A stretch of 64,000 bases of DNA from Candidatus Desulfovibrio intestinavium (GTDB taxonomy: Bacteria; Desulfobacterota; Desulfovibrionia; Desulfovibrionales; Desulfovibrionaceae), in the NCBI GenBank assembly GCA_019118345.1, contig DWZD01000051.1:1498-65497 (forward strand), given 5' to 3'. Both the position numbers and the translations under genes were made by a program. Shown here in pieces: positions 19,833-30,142 of the stretch; the stretch's first letter is position 1, and each line of letters opens with the position of its first letter. The notes beneath the pieces are model-generated. The model did not search any database. It was not told where the DNA came from and worked only from the letters and a program-made list of their open reading frames with translations.

Positions 19833-20630
19833 TCAGAGCAGAAAACTGTTCACCAGCGAACCGACCAGCAGGTTCCAGCCGTCCACCATGACAAAGAGCA
19901 GGAGCTTGAACGGCATGGAAACCATCATGGGCGGCAGCATCATCATGCCCATGGCCAGCAGCACGCTGGAAATGACCATGTCCAGCACGAGGAAGGGGAT
20001 GTAGATGAGAAAGCCGATGGTGAAGGCCGTCTTCAGCTCGCTGATGACAAAGGCCGCCGCCAGCATGATGGTGGGCACCTCGTCCTTGTTGTTCGGCGCG
20101 TCCATCCGGGAAATGGCGTAGAAGACGGAAATGTCCTTTTCCCGGGTATGCTTGAACATGAATTCGCGCAGGGGGGCCTGCGCCCTGTCCAGCGCCACCC
20201 GGTAGTCGATCTGCTCCTGCAGATAGGGCTGCAGGGCTTCGTCATTGATGCGCTTGCCCACCGGGAACATGATGACCACGGTCATGAAGACGGCCAGACT
20301 GGCCAGCACCTGGGTGGGCGGCAGCTGCTGCACGCCCATGGCCTGCCGCAGAAAGCTGAACACGATGATGATGCGCGTGAAGCTCGTCACCGTCAGCATG
20401 ATGGACGGCGCCACGGAAAGCACGGTCAGCAGGAAGAGGATTTCCAGCAGGACGGAAACCTTGCCGGGTTCGCTCGCGCCGCCGGAAAGGGTGAGCTGCA
20501 TGCTGGGCAGGGTCAGATCCTGCGCGGCTCCCGCCAGCTCAGGCGCGAGAGCCGTCAGCAGCAGCGCCGTCAGCAGCGCCGGCAGCGCTCTGCTCCAGGA
20601 TGCGCTGAAAATCCTGACAAAGCGTTTCAT
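19833..20630 (-). CDS. fliP: Flagellar export apparatus protein FliP
   Basis: Signal peptide followed by ...LLTVLSVAPSIMLTVTSFTRIIIVFSFLRQAMG...GFLIYIPFLVLDMVISSVLLAMGMMMLPP, a canonical FliP. Confidence 0.95.
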   Translation of the reverse strand: MKRFVRIFSASWSRALPALLTALLLTALAPELAGAAQDLTLPSMQLTLSGGASEPGKVSVLLEILFLLTVLSVAPSIMLTVTSFTRIIIVFSFLRQAMGVQQLPPTQVLASLAVFMTVVIMFPVGKRINDEALQPYLQEQIDYRVALDRAQAPLREFMFKHTREKDISVFYAISRMDAPNNKDEVPTIMLAAAFVISELKTAFTIGFLIYIPFLVLDMVISSVLLAMGMMMLPPMMVSMPFKLLLFVMVDGWNLLVGSLVNSFLL

Positions 20631-21054
20631 GATCTGCGCTCTCCTCTGTCAGCAGGCTGATCTGCTGCTCGGTCACGCCCAGCAGCAGCCTGCGATCCAT
20701 GAAGCGCACCACCATCAGCCCCTTGCGGGGGCCAAGCGGCATTTGTGCTTCCATGATCAGGGCATCCCGGGGCAGACTGCCGGGACGCGGAATGAAGTTG
20801 AAGCGCCCATAGCGGCGCAGCAGCCAGACCCCGAGCCAGAGCACGCCCAGCAGCAGGCAAAGTATGGCCAGCGCCTGCACATAGTTGCCCCAGGAAAAGA
20901 CCGGCTGCCCGAGCGTGCTGCCGGTCGGGGCGGAAGCCGCCGCGGCCCCGGCGGCATCAGCGGCAAGAGCGACCGGAGGCAGCGCCCCGATCGCCCAGCA
21001 GATCAGTCCTGCTGTCAACAGGCTGACGCACGCGAAGCCGCACCGGCTAGCCAA
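20539..21054 (-). CDS. fliO: Flagellar biosynthesis protein FliO
   Basis: Sits between fliN and fliP. Single central TM followed by a basic patch (ALAILCLLLGVLWLGVWLLRRYGRF) and a FliO-type C-terminal domain (GLMVVRFMDRRLLLGVTEQQISLL). Its 3' end overlaps the annotated fliP start by 92 nt. Confidence 0.7.
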   Translation of the reverse strand: MASRCGFACVSLLTAGLICWAIGALPPVALAADAAGAAAASAPTGSTLGQPVFSWGNYVQALAILCLLLGVLWLGVWLLRRYGRFNFIPRPGSLPRDALIMEAQMPLGPRKGLMVVRFMDRRLLLGVTEQQISLLTEESADHETLCQDFQRILEQSAAGAADGAAADGSRA

Positions 21055-21601
21055 GCTGCTTCACCCGCTCGATGGGGCTGATGATGTCCGTCAGGCGCAC
21101 GCCGAACTTTTCATTGATGACCACGGCCTCGCCGCGCGCCACCAGCTTGCCGTTGACGAACACTTCCAGCGGTTCGCCGGCCAGCTTGTTCAGCTCCACC
21201 ACCGAACCTTGCCCGAGCTGCAGCAGTTCATTGATGAGCAGACGGGTGCGCCCCAGTTCGGCGGAAACGTCCAGCGGAATGTCCAGGATGAAGTCCAGCT
21301 CGCGCTTGAGCTTCTGATCCTGCGGCTGGCGGGCGGCCTCGGTCATGTCCTTGAACTGGGCATCCGTGGCCTGTTCGGCAAAGCTCGAGAGCTTGTCCGA
21401 ACCGCCCTTTTTCTCGTCATTGGCCAGGGCTTCGGCCCATTCCGCCGCAAGGGCCTCGTCCTCGCCGCCGGCCTTGCCCGGGGCCGAGGCCTCCCCCACG
21501 AGATCGCCCAGGCCGTCGGCAAGCAGGTCGTCCGCTCCCCCCGTCCCTTCCAGCTGGGCCGCCCACTGGGCCGCCAAATCGTCCTGATTGTCCTGCGCCA
21601 T
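21047..21601 (-). CDS. fliN: Flagellar motor switch protein FliN
   Basis: C-terminal SpoA domain LDFILDIPLDVSAELGRTRLLINELLQLGQGSVVELNKLAGEPLEVFVNGKLVARGEAVVINEKFGVRLTDI. Confidence 0.93.
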   Translation of the reverse strand: MAQDNQDDLAAQWAAQLEGTGGADDLLADGLGDLVGEASAPGKAGGEDEALAAEWAEALANDEKKGGSDKLSSFAEQATDAQFKDMTEAARQPQDQKLKRELDFILDIPLDVSAELGRTRLLINELLQLGQGSVVELNKLAGEPLEVFVNGKLVARGEAVVINEKFGVRLTDIISPIERVKQLG

Positions 21602-21631
21602 GCTTACATCCTCGTTTCAGGCGTGGGGGAA

Positions 21632-22279
21632 CTATTCCACCACAAAGTTGGTAAAGTACACACGGATGACGCGCTGTGCACCCAGAATCTGATTGAGCCG
21701 GGCGGCGATCTCGTGCTTGAGCAGCACCTTGCCCTCGGGCGTGGAAATATCGCCGTAGGTCTTCCCGGCCAGCAGCATGATGATGGCGTCATTGATGCGC
21801 GCGCCCTGGGCCTTGAGATCGGCCGACACATCGCTGTTGACCTCGATTTCCATGCCAACCGTCAGGTAGCGCCGCCCGCTGGGATCCGTCAGGTTGACCC
21901 GGATGGGGTCAAGCGGCAGGACAATGCCCTGGGTGCGCGGCGCTTGCGTTTGCGCCTCGATGCGGGCTTCCGCGCCGGGCGCGGCGCCCGTGCTGGCCTT
22001 GCCGACATTGGTTCCGCCGGCGGCAGCGGGCTTGGCCCCGCCGGGCGCGGCATCCTTTTCCGCGGGAGCGGCGGCTTCGGCGGCAGCGTCCGCCGACGTC
22101 GCGCCGGCAGGATCACGCAGGAATATCCACCAGTAGGCCGCGCCGCCCGCGGCGCTCAGGGTAATGAGCAAGATTGTCAAAAGAATGACAAGCCGCTTGA
22201 CGCGGGACGATTTTTTGGGCTTTTCCGCCCCTCCCGGGGGGAGAGCCTGGGATTCCTTGCTGCCGTCTTTGGCTGCCAT
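21632..22279 (-). CDS. fliL: Flagellar basal-body-associated protein FliL
   Basis: N-terminal TM (LVILLTILLITLSAAGG) and a FliL domain (LPLDPIRVNLTDPSGRRYLTVGMEIEV...INDAIIMLLAGKTYGDISTPEGKVLLKHEI). Confidence 0.9.
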   Translation of the reverse strand: MAAKDGSKESQALPPGGAEKPKKSSRVKRLVILLTILLITLSAAGGAAYWWIFLRDPAGATSADAAAEAAAPAEKDAAPGGAKPAAAGGTNVGKASTGAAPGAEARIEAQTQAPRTQGIVLPLDPIRVNLTDPSGRRYLTVGMEIEVNSDVSADLKAQGARINDAIIMLLAGKTYGDISTPEGKVLLKHEIAARLNQILGAQRVIRVYFTNFVVE

Positions 22280-22384
22280 AGATGCTCCTTACCGTTGGCA
22301 ATATCCCGAAAAAAATCATTCCCGGCCTTGCGCCGCATGGCGGAGGCCGGTCAGACGCCGCAAGGGCGCGTTGCCTCCGAATCC

Positions 22385-22400
22385 TGCAACAAACGGGCCA
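22385..22400 (-). promoter_or_regulatory. Candidate sigma54 (-24/-12) promoter for the fliL operon
   Basis: The minus strand reads TGGCCCGTTTGTTGCA, against consensus TGGCACG-N4-TTGCW. GG and GC are correctly spaced, with a single mismatch. It lies ~105 nt upstream of the fliL ATG. Confidence 0.6.
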
Positions 22401-22402
22401 GA

Positions 22403-23110
22403 CTAAACCTTTGGCGGACGCGGGCCGAAAATGTCCGTGCCGATGCGGACGATGGTCGCCCCCTCGGCCACCGCCGCCGGAAAATCGCCGGACATGCCCA
22501 TGGACAGATGCGGCAGCGCCAGCCCCGTGCGCGCGCGCAGGGCCTCGCGCAGTTCCCGCAGGCGGGCAAAATACGGACGGGCGGCCTCGCCCGCATCGAA
22601 GACTGGCGGCAGGCACATGAGTCCTTCCACCGCCAGATGCGGGCAATGCTCCTGAACATAATCGGCAAGTTCCGGCAAATCTTCAGCCATGATGCCGGAT
22701 TTTTGCGGCTCAGCCCCCACATTGATCTCGAAGAGCACAGCCTGCCGGGCATCCAGGGCCGCAAGGCGCTTTTCCAGACCGTCGGCCAGCTTGCGGGAAT
22801 CCAGCGTGTGCACGAGGGCAAAGGCCCCGGCCACCTGCGGGGCCTTGCGGCTCTGCACATGGCCGATCATGTGCCAGCGGATGTTTGCGCAGGCCGGGTT
22901 GCCGGCCAGATCCTGCCGCTTCTGCAGGGCCTCCTGCACATAGTTTTCCCCGAAGTCCAGCTGACCGGCCGCAGCCACGGCGGCCACATCCTCAGCCGGG
23001 TGCAGCTTGGAGACGGCCACAAGGGTCACCTCCTCGCGGCGGCGGCCCGCCGCGCTCACCGCCTTGTCCAGCCGTTCCAGCACCGATGCGTAACGCGCGC
23101 GCACATCCAT
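22403..23110 (-). CDS. yggS: YggS-family pyridoxal-phosphate homeostasis protein
   Basis: VTLVAVSKLHPAEDV (PLP lysine), GENYVQE, HMIGHVQSRK and SMGMSGDF motifs. 235 aa. Confidence 0.9.
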   Translation of the reverse strand: MDVRARYASVLERLDKAVSAAGRRREEVTLVAVSKLHPAEDVAAVAAAGQLDFGENYVQEALQKRQDLAGNPACANIRWHMIGHVQSRKAPQVAGAFALVHTLDSRKLADGLEKRLAALDARQAVLFEINVGAEPQKSGIMAEDLPELADYVQEHCPHLAVEGLMCLPPVFDAGEAARPYFARLRELREALRARTGLALPHLSMGMSGDFPAAVAEGATIVRIGTDIFGPRPPKV

Positions 23111-23111
23111 C

Positions 23112-24041
23112 CTAGCGAACCTCCTCGATGCGGGTCAGCTCCTGCACGAAAGCCGGATCTTCCGTCCAGTTTTCCCGCACCTTGACCCAGAGTTCCAGAT
23201 GCACCTTGCCGCCCAGCAATTCCTGAATATCCTTGCGGGCTTCCATGCCCACCTGCTTGAGCACCTTGCCGCCCTTGCCGATGACCATGCCCTTGTGCAT
23301 GGGCCGGGCCACATAAATGACGGCGTGAATGACGGTCTGCCCGCGGGCTTCGTCCTCTTCCCAGTGCTCCACCTCCACGGCGATGCAGTACGGCACTTCC
23401 TGCCGCAATTGCAGGAAGAGCTTTTCCCGGATGATCTCCGCCGCCATGAAGCGCACCGGCGCCGTGGAGATCTGATCCTCGGGGAATTGCGCCTCCCCTT
23501 CCGGCAGGCGCGAACGCACCAGCTCCATGAGCGCAGGCAGCCCGTCCTTCATGAGCGCCGACACGGGGAAGATTTCCGCCGTGGGCCACATTTCGCTCAG
23601 CCGGGTCAGCAGGGGCAGCATGCGGCTCTTGTCCGCAAAGAGATCCACCTTGTTGACCACCACGATCATGGGCCGTTCCTCGCTGGCCAGGGCCTCGGCC
23701 ACGGGGGCGAGGTCGCGCTCCAGATACTCGGGGTGGCGAATGTACAGATGACTGTCCAGCACGGGCATGATGACGTCGGCCTGATTGAGACTCTGCCAGA
23801 CGGCCTGCAGCATGGCCTTGCTCAGCCGCCCGCGTACCTGGGAAAGGCCCGGCGTGTCCATGAAGATGGTCTGCGCGGCCTCGTCGGTGTGGATGCCCAC
23901 AATCTGATTGCGCGTGGTTTGCGGCTTGGGCGTGACAATGGTGATCTTCTGGCCCAGCAGCGCATTGAGCAGGGTGGATTTGCCCGCATTGGGCGGCCCC
24001 ATGAGCGCCACCCAGCCGCAGCGATAGTGTTGCGCGGTCAT
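23112..24041 (-). CDS. era: GTPase Era
   Basis: [22 protein letters not shown] (G1), DTPG (G3), NKVD (G4) and a C-terminal KH domain ([25 protein letters not shown]). GAGG RBS at the ATG 24041. Confidence 0.95.
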   Translation of the reverse strand: MTAQHYRCGWVALMGPPNAGKSTLLNALLGQKITIVTPKPQTTRNQIVGIHTDEAAQTIFMDTPGLSQVRGRLSKAMLQAVWQSLNQADVIMPVLDSHLYIRHPEYLERDLAPVAEALASEERPMIVVVNKVDLFADKSRMLPLLTRLSEMWPTAEIFPVSALMKDGLPALMELVRSRLPEGEAQFPEDQISTAPVRFMAAEIIREKLFLQLRQEVPYCIAVEVEHWEEDEARGQTVIHAVIYVARPMHKGMVIGKGGKVLKQVGMEARKDIQELLGGKVHLELWVKVRENWTEDPAFVQELTRIEEVR

Positions 24042-24130
24042 GTGATGCCTCGTCTTTCTTTGCAAGAATGATAGCCCATGTCTTTCACAACCCGGCCTTG
24101 CGGTCAAGCCTGCCCGCCCTCGGGCCGGCG

Positions 24131-24167
24131 AAAATGCGCGCAGGCGTCCGCCGGGGCGGACGCCTGC
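24131..24167 (-). terminator. Intrinsic terminator downstream of metQ
   Basis: Minus-strand RNA: GCAGGCGTCCGCC-cc-GGCGGACGCCTGC, followed by gcgcaTTTT. Confidence 0.55.
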
Positions 24168-24237
24168 CGGGGCGAACCGTGCGCCAGCGGCGCGGCCTGC
24201 CCCCTCCGCCGCACGCGGCGAAGGCTTTTCGGTCGTC

Positions 24238-25026
24238 TTAGTTGTGGGAGGGCAGCACGGCCCCGGCGTACTTCTGCTTCATGAAGGCCGCCAGTTCCGG
24301 ACTGGTCAGGGCCTTGTAGAGGGCCGCCAGCTCGGGGCGCTGCTCATCGCCGGCGCGCACAGCCAGAATATTGGCATAGGTGGCGGCGGCCACGGAATCG
24401 GCAGCTTCCACGGCCAGGGCGTCGGCCACCTTCAGCCCGCCGAGGATGGCATAATTGCCGTTGATGATGGCCACATCCACATCGGGCAGGGCGCGCACAA
24501 GCTGGGCGGCCTCGATTTCCTCAATCTTGAGGTTTTTGGGATTCTCGGCAATGTCGCGCCGGGTGGCGGCCAGACCGGCGTCCTTCTTCAGCTTGATGAG
24601 GCCCACGGCTTCCATGAGCAGCAGGGCGCGACCCTCGTTGGTGGCGTCATTGGGCACGGCCACCTGCGCGCCGTCCTTGAGATCCTTGAGGCTCTTGCAC
24701 TTGCCCGCATAGATGCCGAAGGGTTCGTAGTGCACGCCGCCCATGCTCACGAGTTTGGTGCCCTTCTGGGCGTTGAAGTCGTCCAGATAGGGCTTGTGCT
24801 GAAAGTAGTTGGCGTCCAGATCCTTGCTTTCCAGGGCCATATTGGGCTGCACATAGTCGGAATATTCCACGATCTTGAGTTCATAGCCGTCCTTCTTCAG
24901 CAGCTTGGCGGCTTCGTTCAGAATTTCGGCATGGGGCGTGGGCGAAGCGCCCACCACGATGGTGTTGCCCGCATGGGCGGAAAGGGGCAGCAGCAGGGCC
25001 GCCAGAGCGAGAAGCAGTTTTTTCAT
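24238..25026 (-). CDS. metQ: Methionine ABC transporter substrate-binding lipoprotein (MetQ/NlpA family)
   Basis: [19 protein letters not shown] signal. [34 protein letters not shown] is nearly the E. coli MetQ signature. GGGAG RBS. Confidence 0.9.
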   Translation of the reverse strand: MKKLLLALAALLLPLSAHAGNTIVVGASPTPHAEILNEAAKLLKKDGYELKIVEYSDYVQPNMALESKDLDANYFQHKPYLDDFNAQKGTKLVSMGGVHYEPFGIYAGKCKSLKDLKDGAQVAVPNDATNEGRALLLMEAVGLIKLKKDAGLAATRRDIAENPKNLKIEEIEAAQLVRALPDVDVAIINGNYAILGGLKVADALAVEAADSVAAATYANILAVRAGDEQRPELAALYKALTSPELAAFMKQKYAGAVLPSHN

Positions 25027-25103
25027 GGTCATATCTCCCACAGGCTAAAGGGTGTCGTGCGCGGCCCCCTCGGCACGGGGCGCACCGCACGGAAAAAGCG
25101 GAA

Positions 25104-25766
25104 TCAGGAACCGCGCTTGTCGCTGCGCCGGGTGGCCCAGTTGCCGAAGCTCTGGAAGGCCTGCACGATGATGATGAGCAGCACCACGGTCATGATCATG
25201 ATGTCGGTCTGATAGCGGTTGTAGCCATACATGATGGCCAGCTTGCCCAGGCCCCCGCCGCCCACGGCCCCGGACATGGCCGAATAGCCAAGGATGGTGA
25301 TGGCCGAGACCGCGCTGCCGTTGATGAGCGAGGGCAGGGCCTCGGGCAGGAGCACCTTGCGGATGATCTGCCAGGTGGATGCGCCCATGCTCTGGGCGGC
25401 CTCCACCACCCCGCTGTCCACTTCCAGCAGGGAGGCTTCCACCAGACGGGCCACAAAGGGCGCGGCGGCCAGCACCAGCGGCACCACGGTGGCATTGTTG
25501 CCGATGGTCGTGCCCACAAGGAAACGGGTAAAGGGAATGACGGCGATCATGAGAATGAGGAAGGGGAAGGAGCGGGTCAGGTTGACCACCACATCCAGCA
25601 CCCCGTACACCAGCGCATTGGGCCGGATGCCGTCCTTGCGGCAGATGACCAGCACCACGCCCATGACCAAACCGAAAACATAGGACAGGAACGTGGCCGC
25701 AAGGGTCATGTAGAGGGTGTCCAGCACCCCTTCAAGGAGCATTTCGACGGTTTGGTGGTCAATCAC
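25104..25766 (-). CDS. metI: Methionine ABC transporter permease
   Basis: SFPFLILMIAVIPFTRFLVGTTIGNNATVVPLVLAAAPFVARLVE...VLLPEALPSLING matches MetI. GTG start at 25766, 7 nt after GGAGGAA and overlapping the metN stop. ATG 25742 is an alternative. Confidence 0.88.
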   Translation of the reverse strand: MIDHQTVEMLLEGVLDTLYMTLAATFLSYVFGLVMGVVLVICRKDGIRPNALVYGVLDVVVNLTRSFPFLILMIAVIPFTRFLVGTTIGNNATVVPLVLAAAPFVARLVEASLLEVDSGVVEAAQSMGASTWQIIRKVLLPEALPSLINGSAVSAITILGYSAMSGAVGGGGLGKLAIMYGYNRYQTDIMIMTVVLLIIIVQAFQSFGNWATRRSDKRGS

Positions 25767-26763
25767 GGCGCATTTCCTCCAGCAGGATGTTGTGGGCGCG
25801 GGCATAGGCCATGATGCGCTCGCGCGAAGCCTCGCGCGCGGGCAGCTGCAGCACCATCTGGCCAAAGGCCACGCCGTTGATGTCGCGGGTGTCGGCGTAC
25901 ATGATGTTCACCGGGCAGCCGCATTCCAGCACCATATTGGCGATGACCGGCTCGAAGGAGGAACGCCCGTTGAAAATGAGCCGGTACATGTGCTCGCCGG
26001 GCAGCTTCTGCAGGGCCTCGGGCAGGACGAGCCGCCGCGCGGCCTCGGTCTGCGGATGAAAGAAGACCTCCTCCACCAGTCCCTGCTCCTCGATGACGCC
26101 CTTGTTGATGATGGCCACATGGCTGCAGATCTTTTCGATGACGCTCATCTCGTGGGTGATGACCACGGCGGTGATGCCCAACTGCGCATTGATGTCCTTG
26201 ATCAGGGCGAGGATGGAATCCGTGGTGGCCGGGTCAAGGGCCGAGGTGGCCTCGTCGCAGAGCAGCACGCGCGGATTGGTGGCCAGGGCGCGGGCAATGG
26301 CCACGCGCTGCTTCTGCCCGCCGGAAAGCTGTGAGGGATAGGCATCCTGCCGACCGGAAAGGCCCACCAGCTCCAGCAATTCCAGGGCACGCGCGCGGGC
26401 CGCCGCCTGCGACGTGCCCACCAGCTCCAGCGGAAAGCAGACATTCTGCAGGGCCGTGCGCTGCATGAGCAGGTTGAACTGCTGAAAGATCATGCCCATG
26501 GAACGCCGGGCCGCGCGCAGTTCCGCCTCCGGCAGGCGGCAGAGATCCTTGCCCTCGAAGAGCACGCTGCCGCCCGTGGGCCGCTCCAGCATGTTGATGC
26601 AGCGCACAAGGGTGGACTTGCCCGCACCGCTCTGGCCGATGATGCCGAAGATGTCGCCCTTTTCTATGGCGAGATCAATGCCGCGCAGGGCGTATACGTC
26701 AGCCTTCTTGCCGGGAAAGCGTTTTTCCAGTCCGATTATCTGAATGATGGGCGCACCGGCCAT
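25759..26763 (-). CDS. metN: Methionine ABC transporter ATP-binding protein
   Basis: Walker A GQSGAGKSTLVRC, signature LSGGQKQRVAIARAL, Walker B LLCDEATSALD, and a C-terminal NIL/ACT-like domain. GGAGGAAATC-ATG at 26763. The long ORF-track extension to 27162 is rejected. Confidence 0.93.
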   Translation of the reverse strand: MAGAPIIQIIGLEKRFPGKKADVYALRGIDLAIEKGDIFGIIGQSGAGKSTLVRCINMLERPTGGSVLFEGKDLCRLPEAELRAARRSMGMIFQQFNLLMQRTALQNVCFPLELVGTSQAAARARALELLELVGLSGRQDAYPSQLSGGQKQRVAIARALATNPRVLLCDEATSALDPATTDSILALIKDINAQLGITAVVITHEMSVIEKICSHVAIINKGVIEEQGLVEEVFFHPQTEAARRLVLPEALQKLPGEHMYRLIFNGRSSFEPVIANMVLECGCPVNIMYADTRDINGVAFGQMVLQLPAREASRERIMAYARAHNILLEEMRRD

Positions 26764-26900
26764 GATTTCCTCCGCCGAACGTCTTTCCGCTCGCGCACGG
26801 GCAAAACCCGCCCCGCGACATACGGTGGCGCAGCCTAGCATGTTTTTCGCCGGGCGCAAAGGGGAGAACCCGCGCCCGCCTTGCCCCTCCGTCCGGGCAG

Positions 26901-26936
26901 CAAAAGCGGGAGGGACGTTGCCGCATCCCTCCCGCA
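26901..26936 (-). terminator. Intrinsic terminator downstream of secA
   Basis: Minus-strand RNA: GCGGGAGGGA-tgcggcaacg-TCCCTCCCGC-TTTTG. Confidence 0.8.
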
Positions 26937-26959
26937 CCAATGGCCGCATCCGTTCGCCG

Positions 26960-29485
<2,526 letters not shown>

Positions 29486-29681
29486 CGGGACTCCTGACAA
29501 ACGACCGCGCCCGCGCGATCGGGGAAGTGGGGTTCATGGGTGGGGAGGGCAAGCCCCCGGCCTGTTCCCGTATAGTATAGGCAGGCTTTGCCGTTTGGCA
29601 ATGCCGCCATTCCGCAAAGAAAAAGGAACGGGACGCTAATGTCCGGGAGTTCCGAGCCGATAAGAGAGAAGGAACTGAGCG

Positions 29682-30062
29682 TCAACAGCGGTCTGCATCC
29701 GTGGGCGGCAGCTCTTCCTTGATCACGGCTTCGGCCTTGATGCGATCCAGCAATTCCGCAAAGACGGCCTTGACGTTTTCGCGGATGTCGCCGGCCACCA
29801 CAAGAAAGAGCAAATCGTCGCCGGGGCGCAGTTCGCCTTCCGCAGCTTCGGCCAGTATGGCAAAGATGCCGGGGCGGCGCTCCATTTCGCGGCAGATGGC
29901 GGCCATGCGTTCCCGGTCGGGCCGCACGACAACGCGCCCCACCGCCGCGTGATCCGCGCGGGACCAGGCCCGCACCACGCCGTTGTGCACGAGCATCATG
30001 CCCACATGTTCGCTGAAGCCGGGGCGTCGTTTCAGTTCCTGCAGAGTTTGGGTAATGTCCAT
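29682..30062 (-). CDS. MoaE-like protein (molybdopterin synthase catalytic subunit fold)
   Basis: 126 aa. VGMMLVHNGVVRAWSR... and ...EGELRPGDDLLFLVVAGDIRENVKAVFAELLDRIKAEAVIKEE parallel E. coli MoaE GAVVTFTGKVR... / IGELWPGDEIVFVGVTSAHR..DYLKTRAPFWKRE. GGGAGG RBS. Confidence 0.55.
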   Translation of the reverse strand: MDITQTLQELKRRPGFSEHVGMMLVHNGVVRAWSRADHAAVGRVVVRPDRERMAAICREMERRPGIFAILAEAAEGELRPGDDLLFLVVAGDIRENVKAVFAELLDRIKAEAVIKEELPPTDADRC

Positions 30063-30142
30063 ACGTCGAGCCTCCCTGTTGCGCACACGTCGTCAGACGC
30101 AACAGCCTACATGTATCGCCGCCCGGCATAAAGGATTTTTTC

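Noticed and set aside
26764-26900. A possible SAM-type riboswitch in front of metNIQ.
   Set aside because: After the secA terminator the region is only ~130 nt and contains a plausible promoter (TTGCGC-16-TAGGCT). I could not find SAM-I, SAM-II or SAM/SAH consensus elements. It needs cmsearch to be sure.
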